64,000 nucleotides of DNA from the NCBI GenBank assembly GCA_964486845.1, contig CAZAQY010000007.1:1688-65687 (forward strand), in the 5' to 3' direction. How positions within the stretch are numbered: position 1 is the stretch's first letter; each line of letters opens with the position of its first letter. Shown piece after piece: positions 34,901 to 37,596 of this stretch. Source of the DNA: an uncultured Pirellulaceae bacterium. Its GTDB lineage: Bacteria; Planctomycetota; Planctomycetia; Pirellulales; Pirellulaceae. Made by a program: the position numbers and the translations under genes. Below the pieces are notes generated by a model. It saw nothing but the letters and a program-made list of their open reading frames with translations, was not told the DNA's origin and did no database searches.

Positions 34901-37489
34901 CCGCGTGCCGTCGGCGTTCTCGCGCCACAGCGTGATCGCGGTGTCCAGCAGACTCGATTGCAGCCGACGTTCCGCCATCGTCTCGATCGCCAAGTGGCCG
35001 AGCGCCTCCGGCTTGCTCGGATTCACGGGCAACTCGAAGCGGAACATGTCGATGTCTTTGCTCTCAGGGAAATACAGGTACCGTAGATGTACCAGGTCCT
35101 GATCGCTCATGATCGTGGGCTCGATCGTGTTGTCAAAATCCAAATCCGCATCGCTGGCGCGGAGGGAACTCCCCGGAATATCCCCAATCGCACGCCCGGG
35201 CAGTTCCGGAGCAACGGCCCAGCCGGCCGCGATGGTGGACGCATCTTCGGGGGTCTGCTGAATGTAGTCCTCCGTGCCCAGTCCGAGATACGACGTGATC
35301 TCGAGCAAAGCCGTCCGGAACCAGCTTCCGTTGAAGCGATCGTTCAGATTGACGTCCAGGGGCCTGAGCAACGGCTGGTCGGGATTGAACGCCAGCGAAT
35401 CCCCCGACGCAATGATCAAACCGTCCCGTTCCGTCTCGACAAATTCCACCCCAATCAGGTCGCTGAGAATTTGGAAGACCTCGCGTGCCCGGCGCTTCTG
35501 CGTTTCGGTAATGACGTTGAACGCCGTTTGCCGATTCCCCCGCGCGTCGATGAGAAAGCCGATGTCCTGACGGAAGTTGTACTCCAGCCGCGTGATGCCG
35601 GAATCCCGGTCGGCCCCCTCGTCGGGGACGTGCTGAACCAGAGCGATGTCCCGATGCCCGGGTTCGTCGTTGCCCCCGGGCAACACGAGGTTGTAGACCT
35701 GGGGCTCGATCCGGCCGCGAACGATCAGGTCCCGCAGGTCCTGCTGGGTCGCCGACACTTCCAGCGTCCCCAAATCTGTGGCTGTATCATAGCTCGACCC
35801 CAGCCCCGTCAAGGTCACCGTGGAGTACTTGACCGGCGGGCTTGTTTCATCCGTGATCGGCGTCGTAATGAGTGTCCCTGCGTCCGCCGGAGCGACACGC
35901 GCCTGCACAAGTTTCCCGGCGCTGAAATGCTGGTTGATCGCGCCGGCCAACTGCTGCGCCGTGGTGGGGTGCTTCAGGTCCACGGTGATCACGTTTTCCA
36001 GCACGCTTACGCTGGGCGAGCTGCCGGCGCCGTGCTCGCGCTCGAACATGGCGTCCGAAAGCTGGTAGACGTCGATCCGAACCGCCTTGCCCCAGCTCTC
36101 TGACAAGCCGAGCATCTCAATGGGCACGCCCAGGTAGTTGCCCGTGCCCTTGGTCTCGGGTGTGACCGTGACGGGAGCCAGCGGGAGCGACTCGTTGGTG
36201 CCGATCCGTAAACGAAAGGTGCCGGCGGCGCCTTGCGGGTTCACCAGCGTCGCCAGATCCGACGCGAACGTCAGCAGCGCCATGTCCTTGTCCGCGCTGT
36301 ACTCCACGCCGATCGGCTTGAACGTTATGTCATCCGTGTTTTCCAGTGTGTCGTTGGTGTAGATCAGCTTGTAGAAGTCCCGGTTCAGCGCGCTGGCCTG
36401 GTGCAAATCGTCATTGTTGAAATAGACGGCGATCTTGTTCCGTTCCTGCACCAGGCTGCCATTGGCCAACTTCACGATGGGTTGCGGAACCACGGCGACA
36501 ATCTGAGGCGCCAAGTCCAATTCGAATACCAACGTTGAGTTCTTGCCGTCCAGATAGCGTTCGCCGTTAACGTTCTTCAGCGGCGTGGCGCCCGTGCCAA
36601 AGACGTCGATCCGGTAGACGTCGTCCGGCGGCTGGCCCGCGAAGCGAAAGACAACCTCATTCCGTGCCGGCTCGGCGTTCACGCCGATGTAACCGGGCTG
36701 GACGACGATGTCGTTGGCTCCCGTCAGGACCAGGGAGCTATTGGCCGGGGCCGTGGCCGCAATATTCACGGAACCGGAACCACGCGCAATCCGCGCCGTG
36801 ATCAAGTTGGTGGCCTCGATGCTGTTTCGCAGGGCCTCCACCAAATTCTGAGCTGTCGTTTGGTTGTTCTTGTTGATGTTCAGACTGACGTTGATGGTGC
36901 GTCCAATGACACTGATGCCCGGCAGACCGGGTCCGCCGAAGTCGCTCTTGGTGATCGACAAAGTGATCCCATTCTGATCCTGTCCGAGTCGAACGGCAGA
37001 AAACTCGATCGACACCCCGTTGATGCCCGTGCCAAAATCGCTGGAAACTGTAGCCGGCGCAAAGACTCCGTCCAGATTGCTGCGCGTGATCTGAATGCCT
37101 CCGGGCGCCGTACTGCTGCCCAACGACGCCGGGTCGATCTGCTGAAGCTGATCAAACCGGAATGTCAGGTCGGACGGCGCCACGTGACGGATGTCGCCCG
37201 TCTGCAGCAAGCCACCGTCGTTCGGCTGAATTCCGATCAGCTTGGCGCCAGCCAACAGCTGACGTTCCTCAAGCCGCTCGATCTGCATGTGCCGATTCGG
37301 TTTGCGATGATTGGACGAGAGCAATTCCTGCCGGTTCTTTCGTTTCCTGGACAGCAACCTTCGCGATCGACGGATGGCCATGAACCAACCCCTTGTGTGA
37401 CCCGCTTGTTGAGGATCAAGTGTCTTTGTTTTCGAGCGCCACTGACCGACGTACCGCCAGCGCAGTATGGCGGCCAATAACAGCAGCAT
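10973..37489 (-). CDS. Giant secreted mosaic repeat protein (8,838 aa), adhesin/surface-matrix type
   Basis: Single 26,517-nt ORF with no stops. It contains recognisable domains throughout (sub-features below). Antisense ORFs are fragmentary and Arg/Gly/Ala-rich. The start is ambiguous, with ATG candidates at 37489, 37381 (MAIRRSRR) and 37288 (MQIERLEERQLLAG). Confidence 0.95.
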   Translation of the reverse strand: MLLLLAAILRWRYVGQWRSKTKTLDPQQAGHTRGWFMAIRRSRRLLSRKRKNRQELLSSNHRKPNRHMQIERLEERQLLAGAKLIGIQPNDGGLLQTGDIRHVAPSDLTFRFDQLQQIDPASLGSSTAPGGIQITRSNLDGVFAPATVSSDFGTGINGVSIEFSAVRLGQDQNGITLSITKSDFGGPGLPGISVIGRTINVSLNINKNNQTTAQNLVEALRNSIEATNLITARIARGSGSVNIAATAPANSSLVLTGANDIVVQPGYIGVNAEPARNEVVFRFAGQPPDDVYRIDVFGTGATPLKNVNGERYLDGKNSTLVFELDLAPQIVAVVPQPIVKLANGSLVQERNKIAVYFNNDDLHQASALNRDFYKLIYTNDTLENTDDITFKPIGVEYSADKDMALLTFASDLATLVNPQGAAGTFRLRIGTNESLPLAPVTVTPETKGTGNYLGVPIEMLGLSESWGKAVRIDVYQLSDAMFEREHGAGSSPSVSVLENVITVDLKHPTTAQQLAGAINQHFSAGKLVQARVAPADAGTLITTPITDETSPPVKYSTVTLTGLGSSYDTATDLGTLEVSATQQDLRDLIVRGRIEPQVYNLVLPGGNDEPGHRDIALVQHVPDEGADRDSGITRLEYNFRQDIGFLIDARGNRQTAFNVITETQKRRAREVFQILSDLIGVEFVETERDGLIIASGDSLAFNPDQPLLRPLDVNLNDRFNGSWFRTALLEITSYLGLGTEDYIQQTPEDASTIAAGWAVAPELPGRAIGDIPGSSLRASDADLDFDNTIEPTIMSDQDLVHLRYLYFPESKDIDMFRFELPVNPSKPEALGHLAIETMAERRLQSSLLDTAITLWRENADGTRELLARNDNYFGRDSYLELDLAPGTYYVGVSASGNEEYDPAIEDSGFGGTTQGEYELRLTYRPDVKEAIADIDNPNDPSGPTFLDGDGDGVPGGVYNFWFKTAPALLSGTPTSAAETIFVDKSYAPATGSGSGTLSAPYNNLATALSKAGPGDIVRVVGNPGRDANWATLADNKAYQIGFNSLGAPLPDGPTLEVPRGVTVMVDAGAIFQMRRARIGVGSSAVGIDRSGGAFQVLGTPILLTDSNANGGLDLGDAVVQSGSGAKAAGSVYFTSYNDQDVGLDTNPYVTSPAAGDWGGIEFRNDVDRSQGAFLYEEEGIFLNYMNYADIRYGGGTVLINSVPRTINPIHLTDARPTLTYNRIYRSADAAISASPDSFEETNFHSPRHQRIPFTSDYQRIGPEIHHNQLVDNSVNGLFVRIGTQAGSTAQKLTVSGRWDDADIVHIMSENLAIASQPGGALERVTAPAVALVVMTPATGGSLNPGLTPVEYSYRLVYVDRFGYESPASVNMAVTLTGTGRAVQFTQLPPAPSGYVARRLYRSENQGPYALVAELNRLDATYKDVGKTRGQFLDLPPVTGVVLSSNPSGSLLPGTYRYRITYVDSLGQDSRASDATAAIAITGNPTEFGTPGDGIVTLDNLPLAAPAQGFVGRRIYRSVDLGDGNGYSEYQLIAELDDTLSTGGYSPLTQFDDDGSYGPADDPRYREIPQNAVLDNVVLHGRPDARLMIDPSVVVKLDGARFELEMGAQMIAEGSDGREMIFTSISDDRYGAGGNFDTGNDGAIITGTSNDPAAGNWGGIYVGHLSNLSIDHAVFAYGGGVTRVEGTFTGFNVVEVHDHAEARVANSIFEFNGPGQGGQGELDRFGRGFNEPGVVFVRQAQPVIYNNIFRNNPDADRTNTPSNPNVAVPAISINVNALNYVLKRDTGRTTGAIDRVGGYRDNQGPLILANRLDNNEINGMVVRGQTLTTQSVWDDTDIVHVLLDTVYVPDFHTFGGLVLASNATESLVVKMLDNNQNDTKKIGFVATGIPHEIDDRIGGIIQILGQPGSPVVLTSLRDDRHSAGVRLDGSPQNDTNADGDFRDPTNYPNAQAPQPGDWNSVLLDRFSHDRNVETLYEQEARDVNSPGPNGSPDGAELLGILAPSEYAADENRRLGFTIKGFLADQRDLDVYSVKAIPGTEVWIDIDRTTHALDAVIELLDSDGKVLARSISSPSELSNPNNFLEPQDRTADNLTERELADPSLLWGAARLMLKTPQIPQQDLYTTNPRDPGLRVVLPGVPNPEDPERPLTYHIRVLSNGPTFLADEDAELTFHDNGAQPDTITVTNGNFRNAGFARGQGLVISGTLHNDGVYTITGLADDQTLTLAAADRLQPETAPAGARLTAPLTAGAYQLQVRLREVDEIGGSTVRYATIAYATNGIEVRGQPSHSPLSGESGESASANDSTATAQGVGNLLNSDRGTISVAGNLTGTDVDFYEFNINYLDPDAIGLFSTIFDVDYANGLGDRPDVSIHVYDSAGRLILTARDGNIAEDRPATPGSADIDDLSRGTVGASDPFLGVVNLPTGTYQVAISSDRRMPSDLDQFVRAIATNPDIRLEPVETIRRIAEDHIEVGNTSTADPPQVSLLFGDQAEVAYHLGDVTLYLYRAPNPLVTNLSELVTIDPFTGALETNVGSLGGGAVTVETGDIAMHPNGWLYSYRQALVDAQSGNFLHVNPGDATFAGQILDDGIVTYARDPVSGITYRTDDGIQFNALTFYKAAAGSQLDTVGLAVGERGLADSPQALPGVEIANNILYQFDGRQSSPTFGQAHSGSGIDRTGSATDPLYLGAGTQIRERGEILTSPRIEAVYASGGGITRVSDDDRLVPPPGKANALDIRDGQTFTVVDGANQTTFEFDTGPEVIQTIDVAGANSIRDGNFFQLDNTVFQIDTGSTIVIDLWPATSDSVTISDGAFAWTFLFDRTLPLPADSAANRYNWLWAGVDRLAAASNLALEINSVSAVAGNRFNVTAFASGNRVTLVGDVASVVDLVTTTPMTQRVRVEGTGGYAPILQGVDFSQITDGDDFSLTYLNTRYEFEFDKGYTLETPVRYAIQVPPIGGRGVIDGDTFTISNLVTGQSRTFEMDLNGITTPGNHPIAYLATDRSDQLATKILVEVQKYAAPSLLNLAPTVQTGGVVHLGTINRTRVVVPTDSRLTVLGDDDEGIVDGDTFTISDGRGRTRVFEMTTDTTLTDPVNNIPVFFQQSYTHDEIANAIANAIDQQALFAYPVRNLGDGIIHLGGDDGVPVGSFRHSVTSGTPHITPRGRPGLDNPAAVPPAILIDLTDTRNTFDAAQVVTQMSAAITGTLSRINPLFPIFTTQVVNDRLVVNADSPLVFTPGSSRILDVTRHGLGFALISNIEEAYDRWYNGGVALAATYNMPTDYTLNVAYPLGPNDARGRNMSDHIIATKIASVVGAQVEYRIGGAGGFIDRLTFPDAVTADFSGMNRLGAPEIWRQVTTSVHGVARGNIRIPLRADDWPVDHTVDVNFDGTPDSTQIGLANKIANAINQTLNPLGIQATARGKYVRLNRGSITNSSSLIVKGEGPGGEVRGLATLNGVLYAVSDEGGLYRVDDPLDQSGEIGDVSTAYIRSSRDDLLGIRFSGLAAGPANVENGRYADMLFATDAAGTLYAFDTSGEAQPVFVNGATSVSTGLHPSEVRGLAFSTLDENLFHRTGTLPSLNYADAMDERILPNVVEGQTILVDKRQLDPGHEGSDVGTSSLHFGRGNVNGAPRTYDFPGGAYGTIVSNEFSLKGYSAADRPVLYFSYYLDTENDSSNPNDPLVPNSAMMRDAFRVYVADNNGDWQLLVTNNSYTGAAVPPATVGNELLDLGKSHVPTTPDDKVQYFDVQEAFDVRDWRQVRVPLDQYAGRTNLRLRIDFSTAGDFNVGDVNTTGFELRAVAGLFIDDGETVQIGQRTLEFDSGLTIVAPTGAALARMIGEEMTITDALDGSATLRFVDNLFTDSEIIVTDGSQLRDGDVFYVSDGVSTQAFEYDSGYILHVPAAGGAAIADQETFLVDLDGDGENLPLAFEFDKDGELIDIDDEPGPDATPINIADNLTILTPANGSLISDGEMMSLSNGITTYVFEFDKDGVRLSPRNLLINVANNRTILLPAAGGGVGGVRDGNTFRIDPDGFGRGVAAEVFEFDNNGVAGSGSNVISFDHFTTQDQLADRVAAAIRARAGALKLNAKNAGGGVVVLDKSTILHAVDTSAAVNVSNSFQPPTQGELAERIIAALDAADGQTDGWVKFAPTDPVDLHLRLHEVADAEVQGGVIVLDGTRPEHSLGTASGSLGVNQTRTPRDAEDIASFIAEEINAQIKANFPGSQLRAAVLEGGLVAILDAAGGVDHTVDVAAAPSLTLSGVPGVADGNLAVPFFPTDTLDEIVHGGPPVVVESQPPLEAGARPGLLQAISGSGLNVVASQRAFPDENVVVLEGTAGLAATFAAGISPFQPRNVVPIFVSDKQTANDVAERIALAIRQAVARGDLAPMVAPHLNGNLGYENPSIPPGAVRTNLVNVSGVKGITLSSGGASPIVIRGVYGLNDPNALDRALVTINTDMDRVGVADSLDSVLESWLHNPTIITENGLHYHDEDSFVLEDGVNAAATYEFDSGYVVAVPIGGGVVADGGIEDGDYFTLTDSSGLISATFEFDKDNSLIHLASEAVAISITDLDNALSVARAVVAAVQSHPLRSSLNMTPAVLTGNRVQIGGSRGSTLAISPGSTLTQSVRYVLEVPPSGGSAFRDGAAFSLTDGAATARFEFDKVRGLLPTPVGEVSWPVSISDSDDREAVIGAVMTAVANHPLSSQLGLETRRLSGGRVAVFGGPGVTLSSQAYTFLTEPDGQPGVSPAVTLQLPETLSMQLPDPLMIHVPDGGIVDGETFILGDGSLARTFEFEDIAFANGVGFDQAIGILNVPNIAIAFSNADGPEAIGRAILQAINQSSLFVSPTMLGGAGNIDLGGGANSSLTLSSPAAMFRTGRLSLQTPADDPLGTPNRKTSGQKILENNTATTERFTIDTPTTTFVFEFDSDGVLGPTPSSPGKPLQHIRISFQRTDSRDQLADRILAVLQNVPGLGMAPVKSTGPVRVHLGAIAYDSNPATQVTLDTSRTHLSQTGQTDVLADGYQFVITNGWTSLRDPSLPPLQLRVPAAGGGSGGVTDGEWFQISVCQGDDVTHCQAAGTPGYVTRYVFELDSDGVISTSPSATETEEIKPIGISFLPEDSRGRVANRIRDAVDSVVAGMTPVTRSNGVVDLVVDAGVNSANYTLTFPVTITFEFDLDGQVATGAAAVSVFSGSTPQQIAGEIVHQINRTSLGLSAQYLGDGKIHVGGTATHRLDTASAPGLTQSGQGGPIPDGQAFYATEGAETVRFEYDKDGVVTPGSIPIQLWSQKIQALPGNQYVEGQQLSFFDPAGGGWVTVTFDNVRTTTIAGPNPIAFDPVAPTPAAVMAQRIFNALNHVFADPPDSTSRLTATLGNFNTVIVRAGAGDFDMLPRDALATATVDHLSPGVSGLFIYPAVLSNGLIDLGGTDENDALTLTTSLEMDPASAPLQLRVPALGGGAGGVIDQEIFTITNSQTGTDYVFEFDNDGAVRAGNFRVTFQTTSLTARRGDQYTEGEQLSFYDAGKLVAFTFDNVRTPQIPGPNPILFDPGDLTATPRQNPTPAREMAQRIAAAIRGASWLTVTVNPKQPERLVVGGADQNSIAIQVAQTVRNFVPGLQPVNLGDGVVTLGGDPSVFAVQFEPTVLVATGERGGQTPRIPVRFSPSFDFTAHDVASAMVASINSTLNLEIQASSGARGTANQRRVELNHASGFPWEIQFQSNVGAALRLETPTDIVKQDEDLIRIIGHEVVDAGPLGFEDVLPDAANAPNPTAYLPGDAMGGFESATRGQRNRFEGVYLDDFIIGFAERGERTNNADPDTSSTFVDRPDGTGRIEGAYQLEIRRGSDLTNETVPVSVDTNDRLAAGVTLVVQRGLDIANRQTFRISDGVRHVDFEYLDTTIPNNPPAPGVIGIPFTPADPDDLIARRIRDAVNGPDVQAVLDVTASLSDGTLTGRGSPMYSTSNRVNLFGPVTLQVHATDVPETNDTFAGATKTQIFGINSPAYLGRAMIGDNANFPLRPGFDVDLFEVALSAGETLRVDVDAHEIGSPLDAILRIFDRDGNELAISDNDAAPGEFLRLDPFLEFTPVVAGTYYVGVSGKDNRSYDPRIEGSGSEGNTGFYQIEITFGASTGSDFVLYDRQGDSNLFRDQGQILIHGNTITNSARYGIDVAPGARDGQDGDIPHAGPVRNTPKLNTGNLVPGVVIANNILAYNGDPATGQGGGIRFAGEVNPPGGQVGPVPFGRIVNNTIYGGIAPNATAAPVEIVFMIATSPSLAQDIVELRRQLPTFDAQMRAANVDAQYGLVTFPGANSNSAPKQIQDLVPFSTFVAAGSPFNSFPVAGATEYGSQAVLEALNAFDPTTTFSFNRPGAQVITIMVTDEDDDSLTSDFTAALTALRSASARFFGITLDPDAPYAGNTAQTYDQFARQTGGALFDINAFRQSPTTFFNVFSQTVASTLAGGLGAGISIEDNASPTVLNNIAAGLAAGISVDASSEAAGTVVGGTLYQGNQTDLNAVQITEDFALHLAAADPLFRDVTSGHFYLARLSPAIDSSIGSLLDRFDLQQVRNLLGIADSPILAPATDLTGQQRVDDPEVETPAGFGEFVFVDRGAVDRSDFVGPTATAVSPRDNDADGLDKNPAPTALEFGTSAAYSSFRIRLVDGVPPADAQHGSGLEDATVVSSNVILKRDGVPLVDGIDYAFSYNSTSDTIVLTPLSGIWEPNRVYTVELNNTDHFRVVAEPGTELLDGASFEILDKKGQVATFEIDSGYTLSVPQTLTLTVPSAGGSLGGIADGASFTVRRSIPGIPTQTKVFEFDSNGVWADNNRDGTPDNILVKFTGTDTPDQIADAMVAALKSANIGLSPKSVGGGVVHLGSTSAHTVDVSRAPTLRRSGQSQGILDGQFFVVDDGSKIVTFEFDDNKQWVDLDGDGNPDNWVIDFSASDTNVEIAEKIATQIELAQLGLAPVPLADGRVHLGGTAFVHIVNVANSSLTLADSVVPGVPAQPGVRSAFGLRIPTRAGVLRLVDDGSGMPWVQDRDMFTIGDGTRNVTFELDDLDARVGAGLTTAPNIVVAFHSSRWGLRIPTNADGSPRLAADASGLPYLADGQTFKLSDGTRQVTFEFDDTARSPGTALGNKAVPYSSGTSTTPASTTPEIAAAIVAAIRSTTLQGLDPVSPGGDIVLLGEPVAETSKYTADVSRTSLKTVGRPGLDPRSPDHLADQIVAAIRTAPLSGLKPVNAGLGVVLLGEPTDGTSRHALSATVPPPSPTVPARTPGLSVLGTAGTPAAVPVPVRMYTKYSNSERYLVNVSGSMRLLDAYGQPISSPQPAPTVVQFQQPLTLVLTLSDKLKLSDGATFTVTNDGRSAKFEYDSDGVYAIDAVPIAFGAADTVDEIAAATVQVVAQESETRALGLWPRSLGSGRVHLGGDALVASGSALSVAGQANPIMDGDLLTIDVPTRAGQIVSYTFEFENCQLKNGVVDGHIPVLFDDRTSQEGFVEAVVAAALNAGVEISMTDQGGGKLAFLLPELFLYDGTQVAVSLIRAIQSSSLAVTPLPAGGDVVLIQEALQVTELNPVFVSNERRLGIKDRADNPLKANLLSGDTQMTIIIGNVNMDFGDSPQTEGGHYPTELGLNGAVHVITDNPLTLGRRVDAERDGQVSQEGTANRDDNQDALDRTDFRVAIPPNVNVQLLSPSVMQFPQPQTLLVCGVQDGAIFTVTNNNQTATFEFDSNGVWWDADLDGVPDAAVIQFSGSDSFDQIGEKTASAVAAESERLSLGLQPRNLGGGAVHLGGDAMSIRPGYGLTEAGEANPILDRDTFTIDVTYTSNGQVTRTMTYVFEFEDRRLDNGVTRGNIPLVFDGSTTQEGFVRAVQSAVLGARLGIAATAQGNGQLELSTDDEDGVEIGKFNLNSVTEVVITASAEGLLDAWIDFNIDGDFDDPGEQIFASQQLRAGPNAFEVVPTAELVEGWTIGRFRISSLGGLRPTGLAPDGEVEDHVVEIQAGVPPVAVNDTYSSDEDEKGTTLLSSVLANDVPSTLGAVLTVASYQMATVLGARVSMNPNGTFYYDASPATALQALDVGQFRTDTFTYRATDGNVLSNRATVTVTVQGRNDPPAAVNDTTTTNQDTRANIYVLANDTDPERHELELVSLAPADTGTVGTVTIKTDANGQAYAEYDPAGNFAYLNIGERTTDTFTYQVSDGHGGVSTGTVTVTIEGLNDPPQAVTDVWTAQNPIARTNEASPVVIPVLANDSDPERTRLTVTSVQAVGTKGLVSVNNLGTFNNTVTYHPNGKFESLGVGQTATDTFRYVVKDEDGYTAVGTVTVTIDGLNDAPTAVADTGARVPRNGTVVINVLINDRDIDGDALQVTSVGLAGTKGRVSINADSTVTYDPNGAFNSLRIGQEAKDYFTYTISDGHGGTATAAVTVTVFGASDPPVASDDSVTTTEDESVTIDVLFNDTDDFGPKIVVAVDDTGLLGSVVINPPNTANNQIIYSPDGQFDALKAGQTVTEKFTYTVSDGVGSSVATVTVTIQGVNDAPIANIDPNGYTVVRGSVLNANDVNGTVNGPGDDSVLVNDTDAEGDALRARLVTGPQYAASGGFTLNANGTFTYRHNGGISTLDTFSYQALDEHGAVSQQIVTVVISIVDKPASDWQNPILRWDVNNDGYVSPIDALLLINYINSHPGNPALPVPRPVGAPFYDVNGNGSAEPGDVLLVVNEINRLNSPAGGEGEGWAGLAAITAGSFVSEPILVPERPAASPAWGASLATGPRLDQPGEAARLDDGESTAVFPPAVPEPRLRRDAERDTIRIDRFGLEDVLDSIAADIGDSFADATPWDDILAEISQ
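11345..11536 (-). other. Dockerin-like paired EF-hand Ca-binding module (giant protein aa ~8652-8715)
   Basis: WDVNNDGYVSPIDALLLINYIN and YDVNGNGSAEPGDVLLVVNEIN, followed by a ~120-aa acidic tail running to the stop. Confidence 0.75.
11570..13489 (-). repeat. Six cadherin-like/VCBS-type ~105-aa repeats (giant protein aa ~8001-8640)
   Basis: Repeat boundaries are TVTVQGRNDPPAAVND, TVTIEGLNDPPQAVTD, TVTIDGLNDAPTAVAD, VTVFGASDPPVASDD and TVTIQGVNDAPIANID. Internal motifs are VLANDTDPE and DTFTYxVSDGHGG. Confidence 0.8.
13508..14671 (-). other. Giant protein aa 7607-7994: DFGD/GEVED-type domain split by a ~225-aa insert of two FEFD modules
   Basis: MDFGDSPQTEGGHYPTELGLNGAVH...VDAERDGQ...RDDNQ (14501-14671), then the insert (13820-14500), then DDEDGVEIG...AWIDFNIDGDFDDPGEQIF...GRFRISS...PDGEVEDHVVEI (13508-13819). 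Confidence 0.55.
14690..17287 (-). repeat. FEFD-module array, part 3 (giant protein aa ~6735-7600)
   Basis: Examples are LLDGASFEILDKKGQVATFEIDSG, IADGASFTV..TKVFEFDSNG, ILDGQFFVVDDGSKIVTFEFDDN, VQDRDMFTIGDGTRNVTFELDD, LADGQTFKLSDGTRQVTFEFDD and LSDGATFTVTNDGRSAKFEYDSDG. Confidence 0.7.
18155..18724 (-). other. Giant protein aa 6256-6445: von Willebrand factor A domain embedded between beta-helix (PbH1-like) repeats
   Basis: VEIVFMIATSPSLAQDI...YGLVTFPG...VITIMVTDEDDDS is the vWA strand pattern. The MIDAS DxSxS position reads ATSPS. Flanks are NSARYGIDV / NNILAYNG..GGGIRF / NNTIYGG and ISIEDNASPTVLNNIAAG. Confidence 0.6.
20390..26092 (-). repeat. FEFD-module array, part 2 (giant protein aa ~3800-5700)
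   Basis: At least 16 modules, for example LRDGDVFYVSDGVSTQAFEYDSG, ISDGEMMSLSNGITTYVFEFDKDG, IEDGDYFTLTDSSGLISATFEFDKD, IVDGETFILGDGSLARTFEFED and IPDGQAFYATEGAETVRFEYDKDG. Confidence 0.7.
28070..29293 (-). repeat. FEFD-module array, part 1 (giant protein aa ~2733-3140)
   Basis: Examples are IRDGQTFTVVDGANQTTFEFDTG, ITDGDDFSLTYLNTRYEFEFDKG, VIDGDTFTISNLVTGQSRTFEMD and IVDGDTFTISDGRGRTRVFEMT, each followed by ..IANAIANAI...LGDGIIHLGG-type segments. Confidence 0.7.
31880..34372 (-). repeat. Giant protein aa ~1040-1870: two paralogous ~280-aa beta-helix-like segments flanking two ~100-aa beta-sandwich repeats
   Basis: Paired motifs are PAAGDWGGIEFRND / PAAGNWGGIYVGH, NQLVDNSVNGLFVR / NRLDNNEINGMVVR and GRWDDADIVHIM / SVWDDTDIVHVL. 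Between them lie YSYRLVYVDRFGYESPAS...RRLYRS and YRYRITYVDSLGQDSRAS...RRIYRS. Confidence 0.55.
34721..35062 (-). other. Giant protein aa ~810-923: PPC (pre-peptidase C-terminal)-like beta-sandwich 1
   Basis: DIDMFRFELP...ITLWRENADG...GTYYVGVSASGNEEYDP...GEYELRLTY. Similar units occur at about 31022-31432, 30194-30517 and 19124-19462. Confidence 0.6.
35210..35692 (-). other. Giant protein aa ~600-760: degenerate metzincin (M10-like) domain
   Basis: TETQKRRAREVFQILSDLIGVEFVETERDGLIIASGD resembles the serralysin/M10 pre-motif region. TALLEITSYLGLGT (35276-35305) aligns with T..HEIGHALGL.H, but both His zinc ligands are replaced by Leu and Ser. Confidence 0.4.
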
Positions 37490-37568
37490 CGGCTGCTAGC
37501 GTTAAGTAAATATAGGCAATATAGAAAGACTGGATCGACAGCTTCAGCAAGCACGGCGTAATAAGCGG

Positions 37569-37596
37569 ATTATAATCTCCGACTATTCCAGTTCAA
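37569..37596 (-). promoter_or_regulatory. Candidate sigma70-like promoter of the giant gene
   Basis: On the minus strand the sequence reads TTGAAC (37596-37591), a 16-nt spacer, then TATAAT (37574-37569). It sits inside a conspicuously AT-rich ~170-bp island about 80 nt upstream of ATG 37489. Confidence 0.3.

Noticed and set aside
11462-37480. Numerous long plus-strand ORFs antisense to the giant gene (for example 23198-28345 at 1,715 aa, 12410-15214 at 934 aa, 15239-17494 at 751 aa and 29486-31267 at 593 aa)
   Set aside because: Their translations are Arg/Gly/Ala/Val/His/Asp-rich with no domain-like motifs. They are broken into many pieces, whereas the opposite strand is one continuous ORF full of recognisable domains. 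This is the typical open-antisense-frame artefact of high-GC DNA.
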